From Zygnema circumcarinatum SAG 698-1b (taxonomy: Eukaryota > Plantae > Zygnematophyceae), in NCBI GenBank assembly GCA_037447605.1, contig CM074811.1, positions 2,170,001 through 2,234,000 of the forward strand: a stretch of DNA of 64,000 nt, in the 5' to 3' direction. Numbering within the stretch: the first letter of the stretch is position 1; each line of letters starts with the position of its first letter. This document shows, piece by piece, positions 51,974 to 62,839 of the stretch. The translations under genes and the position numbers were made by a program. The notes under the pieces are model-generated. The model was not told the origin of the DNA, did no database searches, and saw only the letters and a program-made list of their open reading frames with translations.

Positions 51974-53473
51974 CGGGGTTTAGGGTTTATTCATTTGTTG
52001 GGGTCTCCCAAAGAGGTTGTAAATATGATTTTTTTCACGTTTTTCATTCACGGGAAGGAGAGTGATATTGGGGAAAGCCGAAGGATTTTTTCCCAATAAG
52101 GATACATATATTCATATGTATATATGTATGTATTCTTATAAGTATACATGTTAGTTTTATTAGTAAGCATTTTTCGCTGACCGCTGAAGGAAAGGCAGAG
52201 TGGCTTAGGGGATTGTCTAGCGAAGAAACATTTTTTTTAGGATCAAGATCACGATGAACAGAAAATGTACACAGAGTAGAAATGAAATAAAAGCTCGCGT
52301 TCTTAAGGAATAAAAAAAAAAAAATGACGAGCCTGGATGGGCGTCCAACTCTCCCTCTCCCTCTCCCTCTCCCTCTCCCTCTCCCTCTCCCTCTGGTACT
52401 GGTAATGAAGCGCCGGTTTCTGCAAGGGCATGATCCATTTATTGGTCCTGTTGAACTCGGATCAATAAAGGAACAAGTGGTGAACACGATGCCGAATGAC
52501 GAAGTTCAATTCTTCAAACGGTTAACTGCTGCTGTCAACGGGTCAGCTTGAACACGCACCACGCACGATAGTTTAGGCCCAAATTCATTCAATTTTCTTA
52601 TCGTATTGGAAACTCGACGTCCGGATCATTTTCAATTTTGAGGGTTTTACTCGAGCAAAATATAGCAAGTATTATTCCAAAAATGCCGGAAGTTAAGTGC
52701 AGGTATCGTACCGAGGCGGTACGATACAGTACATGCCGATACATGGTACAAGAGGTGAATTGGTCTCAATCTCGCCATGGTCATTAGCATGGACATGGCA
52801 GAGACCATATACCCCACTACCAATTAGGTTGAGTAATCGAACATTTTTTAGTTAATTGTTCAATGTTCAATTGATTGAAAAAACAGAAAAAATTTCAGCT
52901 GGACGTTTGAACAGGCGGATCGAATGTTTTGGAACCAGCGATTGGCGGTTTGCCAAAATCGCATTGTTGATCGGTGCATGCGAAGTAAATCGAAATTGAA
53001 CGCGTCTGGCAGTTAATTGTTGGATTCGCTTTAGATTCGCATGAACAAGGATTGGTTTCTCAAAAAAAACCAGAAACATAAAGCAGAAACTATTATTTTT
53101 TTGGGGTAGTGATATTTCCACCCCTTTTTTGGATCCAAACACCCCTTCCCGGCCGGGCAGATTTCAAAAGGGATTAAAAACGGAAAATGCTTTTTTCACA
53201 ACTTTTTGGAATCGATACCCACCTTCTTCCGTCGGCTGATTTTATTTTTGCTAACCAAGGAAAATGTTACCCCGTCACTGCATTTTGAATACTGTATCCC
53301 GCCTCCCTGAATTTTTTTTTTGAGGGAAAGAAATATCTGCCTGCCCGAATCCGCTCGAAGCGGAAGATCCGTCCGCCACGAGATCGCTCGCGGGTGTCCG
53401 TCCTTCACACGTGCGTGTCAATCGCATCTGTCGATTCCCTCGCAGATCGCACCACTGCAGGTCACCGTTCGAT

Positions 53474-55235
53474 TCTCCCTCTCCCTCTCCCTCTCCCTCT
53501 CCCTCTCCCTCTCCCTCTCCCTCTCCCTCTCCCTCTCCCTCTCCCTCTCCCTCTCCCTCTCCCTCTCCCTCTCCCTCTCCCTCTCCCTCTCCCTCTCCCT
53601 CTCCCTCTCCCTCTCCCTCTCCCTCTCCCTCTCCCTCTCCCTCTCCCTCTCCCTCTCCCTCTCCCTCTCCCTCTCCCTCTCCCTCTCCCTCTCCCTCTCC
53701 CTCTCCCTCTCCCTCTCCCTCTCCCTCTCCCTCTCCCTCTCCCTCTCCCTCTCCCTCTCCCTCTCCCTCTCCCTCTCCCTCTCCCTCTCCCTCTCCCTCT
53801 CCCTCTCCCTCTCCCTCTCCCTCTCCCTCTCCCTCTCCCTCTCCCTCTCCCTCTCCCTCTCCCTCTCCCTCTCCCTCTCCCTCTCCCTCTCCCTCTCCCT
53901 CTCCCTCTCCCTCTCCCTCTCCCTCTCCCTCTCCCTCTCCCTCTCCCTCTCCCTCTCCCTCTCCCTCTCCCTCTCCCTCTCCCTCTCCCTCTCCCTCTCC
54001 CTCTCCCTCTCCCTCTCCCTCTCCCTCTCCCTCTCCCTCTCCCTCTCCCTCTCCCTCTCCCTCTCCCTCTCCCTCTCCCTCTCCCTCTCCCTCTCCCTCT
54101 CCCTCTCCCTCTCCCTCTCCCTCTCCCTCTCCCTCTCCCTCTCCCTCTCCCTCTCCCTCTCCCTCTCCCTCTCCCTCTCCCTCTCCCTCTCCCTCTCCCT
54201 CTCCCTCTCCCTCTCCCTCTCCCTCTCCCTCTCCCTCTCCCTCTCCCTCTCCCTCTCCCTCTCCCTCTCCCTCTCCCTCTCCCTCTCCCTCTCCCTCTCC
54301 CTCTCCCTCTCCCTCTCCCTCTCCCTCTCCCTCTCCCTCTCCCTCTCCCTCTCCCTCTCCCTCTCCCTCTCCCTCTCCCTCTCCCTCTCCCTCTCCCTCT
54401 CCCTCTCCCTCTCCCTCTCCCTCTCCCTCTCCCTCTCCCTCTCCCTCTCCCTCTCCCTCTCCCTCTCCCTCTCCCTCTCCCTCTCCCTCTCCCTCTCCCT
54501 CTCCCTCTCCCTCTCCCTCTCCCTCTCCCTCTCCCTCTCCCTCTCCCTCTCCCTCTCCCTCTCCCTCTCCCTCTCCCTCTCCCTCTCCCTCTCCCTCTCC
54601 CTCTCCCTCTCCCTCTCCCTCTCCCTCTCCCTCTCCCTCTCCCTCTCCCTCTCCCTCTCCCTCTCCCTCTCCCTCTCCCTCTCCCTCTCCCTCTCCCTCT
54701 CCCTCTCCCTCTCCCTCTCCCTCTCCCTCTCCCTCTCCCTCTCCCTCTCCCTCTCCCTCTCCCTCTCCCTCTCCCTCTCCCTCTCCCTCTCCCTCTCCCT
54801 CTCCCTCTCCCTCTCCCTCTCCCTCTCCCTCTCCCTCTCCCTCTCCCTCTCCCTCTCCCTCTCCCTCTCCCTCTCCCTCTCCCTCTCCCTCTCCCTCTCC
54901 CTCTCCCTCTCCCTCTCCCTCTCCCTCTCCCTCTCCCTCTCCCTCTCCCTCTCCCTCTCCCTCTCCCTCTCCCTCTCCCTCTCCCTCTCCCTCTCCCTCT
55001 CCCTCTCCCTCTCCCTCTCCCTCTCCCTCTCCCTCTCCCTCTCCCTCTCCCTCTCCCTCTCCCTCTCCCTCTCCCTCTCCCTCTCCCTCTCCCTCTCCCT
55101 CTCCCTCTCCCTCTCCCTCTCCCTCTCCCTCTCCCTCTCCCTCTCCCTCTCCCTCTCCCTCTCCCTCTCCCTCTCCCTCTCCCTCTCCCTCTCCCTCTCC
55201 CTCTCCCTCTCCCTCTCCCTCTCCCTCTCCCTCTC
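53474..55235. repeat. Perfect (TCTCCC)n / (GGGAGA)n tract of 1762 bp, about 293 units
   Basis: Uninterrupted hexamer repeat seen directly. Confidence 0.98.
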
Positions 55236-56027
55236 ATATTTCCACCCCTTTTGGATCCAAACACCCCTTCCCGGCCGGGCAGATTTCAAAAGGGATTAAA
55301 ACGGAAAATGCTTTTTCACAACTTTTGGAATCGATACCCACCTTCTTCCGTCGGCTGATTTTATTTTTGCTAACCAAGGAAAATGTTACCCCGTCACTGC
55401 ATTTTGAATACTGTATCCCGCCTCCCTGAATTTTTTTTTTGAGGGAAAGAAATATCTGCCTGCCCGAATCCGCTCGAAGCGGAAGATCCGTCCGCCACGA
55501 GATCGCTCGCGGGTGTCCGTCCTTCACACGTGCGTGTCAATCGCATCTGTCGATTCCCTCGCAGATCGCACCACTGCAGGTCACCGTTCGATCTGCAGCC
55601 GGGCTCGATCTCAGCCAATGGAAAGCGCCCACGAGTCGGATCGCACGTACGAGTGCGCGCGTCCCTCGGCCCGAGATCTCGTCATTGTTAGTTCCCAGCC
55701 AATCAAAATATGCCACGTGCTAAATTTTTGACGTGGAGAATTTTGATTGGCCCAAGCTCTCAATGTACCAAATTCTGGGTTCCTCAAGTTGCGACCGTAC
55801 GAAATTTGTACGGAGAAACTTTTGAAACGAGTTTGGCAGGATACGTGGGCACTTGCCATTCGCTGTGACCGAGCCCGGCTGCAGATCAAATACTGATCTG
55901 CCGTGTTGCGATCTGCGAGGGAATCGACGGCTGCGATGACCGCACGCGTGAAAAAAAATTCAGGTAGGCGGGATATTCAAAATGGGGTGACGGGTTATCA
56001 TTTTCCTTGTTTCGCAAAAATAAAATC

Positions 56028-56113
56028 TGCCGTGCCGTGCCGTGCCGTGCCGTGCCGTGCCGTGCCGTGCCGTGCCGTGCCGTGCCGTGCCGTGCCGTGC
56101 CGTGCCGTGCCGT
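56028..56113. repeat. (TGCCG)n microsatellite, about 17 units, in the right arm of the foldback element
   Basis: Seen directly. Confidence 0.95.
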
Positions 56114-56260
56114 TCTAGTGGGTATCGATTCCAAAAAGGTGTGAAAAAAGCATTTTCCGTTTTTAATCCTTTTTGAAATCTGCCCGGCCGGGAAGGGGTG
56201 TTTGGATCCAAAAAAGGGGTGGAAATATCACGACCCTTTTTTTGAACTGCGGTTTTGAAC

Positions 56261-57350
56261 GGAGAACTATATACCGCCCCCCTTTTTTGGTTATCCCGCC
56301 ACCGTTTTTTTGAAATCCGACCCTCCCATTTCGGCTATTCTGCCCCCCTCCCCCATTTTGGATATTTCGGGAGGAGATCGCCCCCCTGTTTTGAATATTT
56401 CTTTCCCGCCCCTCCCGTCCTCTCCCCTCCCCTCCCCTGCCCTCCCCCTCCCCTCCCCCTCCCCTTCCCTGCCCTCCCCTCCCGTCCTCTCCCCTCCCCT
56501 CCCCTGCCCTCCCCCTCCCCTCCCCCTCCCCTGCCCTCCCCTGCCCTCCCCTCCCCTCCCGTCTCCCTCCCCTCTCCCCTGCCCTCCCCTGCCCTCCCCC
56601 CCTCCCTTCCCCTCCCCTCCCCTCCCCTGCCCTCCCCTCCCCTCCCCTCCCCTCCCCTCCCCTCCCCTCCCCTGCCCTCCCCTCCCGTCCTCTCCCCTCC
56701 CCTCCCCTGCCCTCCCCCTCCCCTCCCCTCCCCTCCCTGCCCTCCCCTCCCGTCCTCTCCCCTCCCCTCCCCTTCCCTCCCCTGCCCTCTCCTGCCCACC
56801 CCTCCCTTCCCTTCTTCCTCTCGGTTTGCAATTTCCACACAAATGACTGAGTATAAGACTCGCGATGAGCTTGTACAAGAAGAAGACATAAGAAGAATCC
56901 TTCCTTCTTGCACTACAAGAAGGAAGGATTTCACATCAAGATCGGCAAGCATAGCGATAGCCGCCGACTCTACCTGCAATGCTTTAGCCGGGGGACCTAC
57001 GAGGACAGAGGTCTGGAAGAGAGTAGTAAGAAGAGGAATATCTCTCCTCTGCTCTCTCTCCTCTAGTCTTTCTCTCCTCTACTCTTTCTCCTCTGCTCAT
57101 TCTCTCTCTCTCCTTTGCTCTCTCCTGTGCTCTCTCCTCTAGTCTCTCTCCCCTTTGCTCTCACTCCTCTACTCACACTCTCTCTCTCCTTTGCTCTCTC
57201 CTCTGCTCATTCTCTCTCTCCTTTGCTCTCTCCTCTAGTCTCTCTCTCCTCTACTNNNNNNNNNNCTCTCACTCCTCTGCTCTTTCTCTCTCCTCTATAC
57301 TCTCTCTCCTTTGCTCTCTCCTGTAGTCTCTCTCCTCTACTCTCACTCTG

Positions 57351-57387
<37 letters not shown>

Positions 57388-57677
57388 CTCTGCTCTCTCT
57401 CCTCTAGCCTTCTCTCCTTTGCTCTCTCCTGTGCTCTCTACTCTAGTCTCTCTCTCCTTTGCTCTCACTCCTGTGCTCACTCTCTGTCTCTCCGTTGCTC
57501 TCTCTCTCGAACGTTGCGCTGATGTGTGAGAAGGAGAAATCGGGGGGGGGGAAAATATCCAAAATGGGGGGGGCGGGATATTTCAAAATAGGGGGCAGAA
57601 TAGCCGAAATGGGAGGGTCGGATTTCAAAAAAACGGTGGCGGGATAACCAAAAAAGGGGGGCGGTATATAGTTCTCC
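56261..57677 (+). mobile_element. Non-autonomous Mutator-like element with a 5' transposase remnant
   Basis: Perfect 87-bp TIRs (56261-56347 / 57591-57677, starting GGAGAACTATATACCGCCCC). TSD TTTTGAAC at 56253-56260 and 57678-57685. Internal 56843-57012 reads [11 protein letters not shown]..(frameshift)..YKKEGFHIKIGKHSDSRRLYLQCFSRGTYED, which resembles a MULE/FAR1-type N-terminal domain, flanked by (CCCCT)n and CT-rich tracts. Confidence 0.8.
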
Positions 57678-58984
57678 TTTTGAACGTTTACTTTTTTAAG
57701 AAGACAAATTCTTTGATTTCTTATGTGTTCAACCTAATTGATAGTAAGGTACATGACCTTGCCACCAAGACCCATGATAAAACGAAGGTAATAAGCCCAT
57801 GAGTGGAACATGCATGGCATGCGCATGGTACGGCTCGAAGCGGCAACCACCTCTCGAGTCGTGCATGACCAGTGACCACACGCCACGTGGAAACCTCGCA
57901 AGCGACAAAAAGTCGTGGCGTCTGCCAGCCTGACGACGAGCCACGTGTCCCGCGCGCCCTGCGCCGCCGACACGTTGCGTGCGCTGGACGCCGGTCATGC
58001 GGACCAGCTGGTGGCAGCACATGGGCGGGCGGTCCGCCGTACGAAGAACAGTGCCTACGCAGTTCTATGCAGACCCCGCATTTTCTTTCTCCGGGCTTTC
58101 GATTTTTCTTGATTTTTTGGTCCGAGCCCCATTTGTTGACGTGGCACCAGACCGGTTCGAAAAAAAGCCGAATTTCAATTTTGTGGATATTTTTCCCGTC
58201 CGCCCGCGCCCCGCCCGCCCCTCGAACCGCGGTCGGGTTCGCAAAAATCTGCGCGCCGCAAAAATCTCCGAATCAGTCGGAAAGGGATCTCCGCCACCTC
58301 GGGCAGACCAAAAAATAAAATAAATAGAAAATCCGATATCATCGACTTTTTTTTTTCATATCCCTTCGAAGCGTGCCACGCACGCTTGCCTCCGCCGCCG
58401 CATTTTGTCGCTTCTGCGCCGACACCCCAATCAACTCTTTCTGCCGACGTGTCTCCACGTGTCATCCCGAGATAATCTCCACATCCGTACTTTTTGCACG
58501 TGCGACACGTCACCCGATCCGCCGTGCTCATCCGTCCCCCGCATGCGTCCAAAGAAGGCGGCCCAGAAAGCGGCCTCCGCCGCACCTGTCCGTACATTCG
58601 TACATCCAAACTTCCGCGGCAGAAATGGCCCCGGGCAGCCCCTTCAATGCGGACAGGTCCTCCGGAGTCCACTGCCGCCGCCATCCCACAAATCGCGCTC
58701 AGCTTGCCACGTGTGCATGGCTTGTCAGCATTAGCCACGTGGCACCCTCCCAGCCAAGCGCTCTGGCTCTCGACGAACGCGGTGCGAGATAAAGATGCGG
58801 CGCGGATCTCACCCCGCCGCAGGCCTTATCCGGCGCCGTGGCTTCGAACCGCGGGCAGGGCCCCAAAACCTCTCCCCTCGCCNNNNNNNNNNTCCTCTAC
58901 TCTCACTCCTCTGCTCTTTCTCTCTCCTCTATACTCTCTCTCCTTTGCTCTCTCCTGTAGTCTCTCTCCTCTACTCTCACTCTG

Positions 58985-59021
<37 letters not shown>

Positions 59022-60516
59022 CTCTGCTCTCTCTCCTCTAGCCTTCTCTCCTTTGCTCTCTCCTGTGCTCTCTACTCTAGTCTCTCTCTCCTTTGCTCTC
59101 ACTCCTGTGCTCACTCTCTGTCTCTCCGTTGCTCTCTCTCTCGAACGTTGCGCTGATGTGTGAGAAGGAGAAATCGGGGGGGGGGAAAATATCCAAAATG
59201 GGGGGGGCGGGATATTTCAAAATAGGGGGCAGAATAGCCGAAATGGGAGGGTCGGATTTCAAAAAAACGGTGGCGGGATAACCAAAAAAGGGGGGCGGTA
59301 TATAGTTCTCCTTTTGAACGTTTACTTTTTTAAGAAGACAAATTCTTTGATTTCTTATGTGTTCAACCTAATTGATAGTAAGGTACATGACCTTGCCACC
59401 AAGACCCATGATAAAACGAAGGTAATAAGCCCATGAGTGGAACATGCATGGCATGCGCATGGTACGGCTCGAAGCGGCAACCACCTCTCGAGTCGTGCAT
59501 GACCAGTGACCACACGCCACGTGGAAACCTCGCAAGCGACAAAAAGTCGTGGCGTCTGCCAGCCTGACGACGAGCCACGTGTCCCGCGCGCCCTGCGCCG
59601 CCGACACGTTGCGTGCGCTGGACGCCGGTCATGCGGACCAGCTGGTGGCAGCACATGGGCGGGCGGTCCGCCGTACGAAGAACAGTGCCTACGCAGTTCT
59701 ATGCAGACCCCGCATTTTCTTTCTCCGGGCTTTCGATTTTTCTTGATTTTTTGGTCCGAGCCCCATTTGTTGACGTGGCACCAGACCGGTTCGAAAAAAA
59801 GCCGAATTTCAATTTTGTGGATATTTTTCCCGTCCGCCCGCGCCCCGCCCGCCCCTCGAACCGCGGTCGGGTTCGCAAAAATCTGCGCGCCGCAAAAATC
59901 TCCGAATCAGTCGGAAAGGGATCTCCGCCACCTCGGGCAGACCAAAAAATAAAATAAATAGAAAATCCGATATCATCGACTTTTTTTTTTCATATCCCTT
60001 CGAAGCGTGCCACGCACGCTTGCCTCCGCCGCCGCATTTTGTCGCTTCTGCGCCGACACCCCAATCAACTCTTTCTGCCGACGTGTCTCCACGTGTCATC
60101 CCGAGATAATCTCCACATCCGTACTTTTTGCACGTGCGACACGTCACCCGATCCGCCGTGCTCATCCGTCCCCCGCATGCGTCCAAAGAAGGCGGCCCAG
60201 AAAGCGGCCTCCGCCGCACCTGTCCGTACATTCGTACATCCAAACTTCCGCGGCAGAAATGGCCCCGGGCAGCCCCTTCAATGCGGACAGGTCCTCCGGA
60301 GTCCACTGCCGCCGCCATCCCACAAATCGCGCTCAGCTTGCCACGTGTGCATGGCTTGTCAGCATTAGCCACGTGGCACCCTCCCAGCCAAGCGCTCTGG
60401 CTCTCGACGAACGCGGTGCGAGATAAAGATGCGGCGCGGATCTCACCCCGCCGCAGGCCTTATCCGGCGCCGTGGCTTCGAACCGCGGGCAGGGCCCCAA
60501 AACCTCTCCCCTCGCC
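57259..60516. repeat. 1634-bp-offset direct duplication (~57259-58882 / 58893-60516) bounded by N-gaps; probably an assembly overlap
   Basis: The copies look identical and the boundaries coincide with gaps at 57256-57265 and 58883-58892. Confidence 0.8.
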
Positions 60517-60753
60517 TAGGCCCGCCCCGGCCCTCAACCCCGCCGCCCCTATACCCCATTTTCGGCCGCCTCGCGGGCCCGCCGTAATCGGGTCTGCTCT
60601 TCCGACATTCGGAGGGGCACGGGTCCACGCGGGCGCCCATGTGAATGAGCCACGTGGCGCGCGGGGATTGGCACAGATGCTCTGGACGGATAGCGCCGCC
60701 CGCCCGGCGCGACCTCTCCAGAACGCCGCCCGCCCTCCCGGACCCGCCACGTG
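59518..60753 (+). promoter_or_regulatory. G-box (CACGTG)-rich upstream region of the GATA gene
   Basis: CACGTG at 59518, 59576, 60090, 60131, 60342, 60370, 60651 and 60748, plus ACGTG cores. A (GA)n tract follows at 60840-60920. Confidence 0.55.
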
Positions 60754-60850
60754 GGTGCTCGCCGGCTCGCCGCGTGCCCTACAATCCCGAGCTGCCGCGA
60801 CCCCTCCCCCACGCCTGGAGACGGCGGCGATAGAGGCCGGATAGAGAGAG

Positions 60851-60906
<56 letters not shown>

Positions 60907-60964
60907 CGAGAGAGAGAGAGGTCGCGAGGAAGAGGCAGGGAAGCAGGAGGGAGACGGTGGAGGG

Positions 60965-62839
60965 ATGTTGGACTGGCAGCAGGGAGAGGGTGGCGGGGGA
61001 GGGGACTGGGGAGGAGGGGACTCAGTGGACCCCGTAGTCACCAGACTCGTGCAGGTACTGCTGGAGCTCCTGCTATTGATCAAGAATGGGGCATTTGGAG
61101 AGGGAGGCAGGGCAGGGTGCAGGGCTTTCGTTCTTGCAAGAAACCAAGGGTCTGCAGTCCCAATGCTTGTTACCAATTGTGTGCAAACCCTAATTTGCTA
61201 AACGGGGATTTAGCTTTTTGTTGTGTGCAGGGCGGAGTGGAGCTCATATTGAGCGTTCTTGGCGTGGACTGCCTGTGGGATGGCGGAAGCCCCTCTGCAG
61301 CGCGGACAAGCGGCATTCAGGGGGGGAGCGTGCGGCAGCAGAAGCTGCGGGCGGCGGGCTTATGCCTCCTGCGGTACAAGGAGGCCTTCACACGGGCGGA
61401 TTGGGAAGTCGTGGACAGGATCGTGAAGCAGCTGCCTGGGGCGCAGTCACAGTCTCAGTGTCCTCCGCAGGGAGCTTTGACTGCGGCAGAGAAGGATGGA
61501 GGCAAGGAATGGGCAACCGGAAGGGGCATGTGTGACAGTGATGCGGGGGAGGAGGAGGGCATGGCTGACGGGGCGGAGGGGGAGGGAGAGGTAGTGACGG
61601 GAGGAGGAGATTGTGTGGGAGGGGGAGGGGCGTTTGAGGGGAAGTCGCTGAAGAGCTGCGAATGGTGCAGAATCACGAGGACGCCGCTGTGGAGGAACGG
61701 GCCGCCCGGACGAAAGGTATGGTACCTGATTGTAGTTTAATCCTGCAGTCCCTTTTTTTTGGGTTGGTTCTTTTCTTTTGGGAATTGGAAAGGCTGCAGG
61801 GATCGCGGGCAATGAGGAATAGATTGGTGGTTCTTGGTTCTTGATTGGTGGTTCTTGGGGGAAAGAAAAGGGAGGGAGAGTGAGAAGAGAGAGCGCGTCC
61901 TTGCTTTGGAGGGCCACTTGATCAAGTAGGGAGGATCTTGCTTGCGAAGTCATCTTGATCTTTAATGGGCTACCCCTGTTACATCATCGGTTTGTATCTA
62001 AAGAATGTATGCTCTCTGGCGTACATCGTAGAGCTCGGATCCAGTTAAAGCCCTTCAATTGTCCGTCCTTTCGACTTTCTTTCTCATATTTATTTCTTTG
62101 TTTCCTGCAGGTTCTATGCAATGCCTGCGGCATTCGGTGGTACAAATTGAAGAAGGCCATGGTTCAAGTGTTAGAGAAGGCAGACGTCCCGTCTGCTCCT
62201 TCAACTCCTGTGCGCTCCGCAACTCCAAGACCGGGAATGTCGCGAGGAAAGAACTGCAATTCAAGCCGAAAACGGTTCGCAAAGCTTGATCTGGATGCAG
62301 AAGCTGGAGGGAAGAAGGGCCATGGACCTGCTCCTTGCAACCTGCAACTTTTGGAGCTTCCTGCACCCTGGAACAAGCGCAGCCGTTCGTCTCTCCCGTC
62401 CTCTCTTTCTCTCCCGCAGCACCCTCCATGGGGGGAGGACCATGAATTCCCTGCGCCTGCTCCGAAGCGGAGTCGATATTCACCAAGGAGTACTACTCAA
62501 TGGGAGGATGTTCAGAGAGAGCGGATAGAGAGAGAGAGAGAGGATGGGGTGAGCAGTGGTGATGAGAAAGATGGAGAAGCCCCTTCATACAGTGGGAGCA
62601 GCAGTGGGAACAGTTGTTTGACAGGGAGAGGGAGGAGGACGGGATCGCCTGCTTGGACAAGCCGGCTGAGTATGGAGGATAGGAGTTCTCTTTTACGGGC
62701 GACTTTGAGCGAAATGAAGGAAATTAAAGTGGAAATGGAACGGAAGTTTGAAATGGAGGAGACGGAGGCAGCCGTTTTGCTTATGATGTTGCATCAAGGG
62801 GGAGCATTGGCCGATGGAGTAACATGTGAGTGGAATTGA
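60965..62839 (+). CDS. GATA zinc-finger transcription factor (C-X2-C-X18-C-X2-C) with a C-terminal LLM-like motif. Exons 60965-61054, 61231-61716, 62111-62839
   Basis: [30 protein letters not shown] spans a GT-AG intron. The C-terminus has EETEAAVLLMMLHQG. The first exon is inferred from frame-preserving splice sites. Confidence 0.85.

Larger units (their letters stand above)
53104..56236. mobile_element. Long-TIR Mutator-like foldback element with a duplicated left arm and an internal satellite
   Basis: Termini GGGTAGTGATATTTCCACCCC / GGGGTGGAAATATCACGACCC. 8-bp TSD TTTTTTTG at 53096-53103 and 56237-56244. The left arm 53112-53473 is repeated from 55236. Arms and core are homologous to 3097-4112. 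Confidence 0.8.

Noticed and set aside
51975-51988. GGGTTTAGGGTTT as an interstitial telomere
   Set aside because: Only two partial units, no more than a telo-box-sized match.
52324-52551. 75-aa ORF after the GT92 gene
   Set aside because: One third is (CTCTCC)n-derived and the rest has no recognisable homology.
53320-55429. 600-670 aa ORFs of (SP)n, (LP)n, (LS)n, (ER)n and (RG)n, which could suggest an HRGP/AGP or RGG protein
   Set aside because: They are the stop-free frames of a hexamer repeat inside a transposon, with no signal peptide or gene context.
56255-57142. Extensin-like SPPLP-repeat ORF
   Set aside because: It derives from the (CCCCT)n tract inside the Mutator-like element and starts within the TIR.
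57259-60516. Apparent 1.6-kb tandem duplication, including a second MULE right TIR
   Set aside because: Bounded by N-gaps, and the sequence after the second gap reproduces the bases on both sides of the first gap. Probably a scaffolding artefact.
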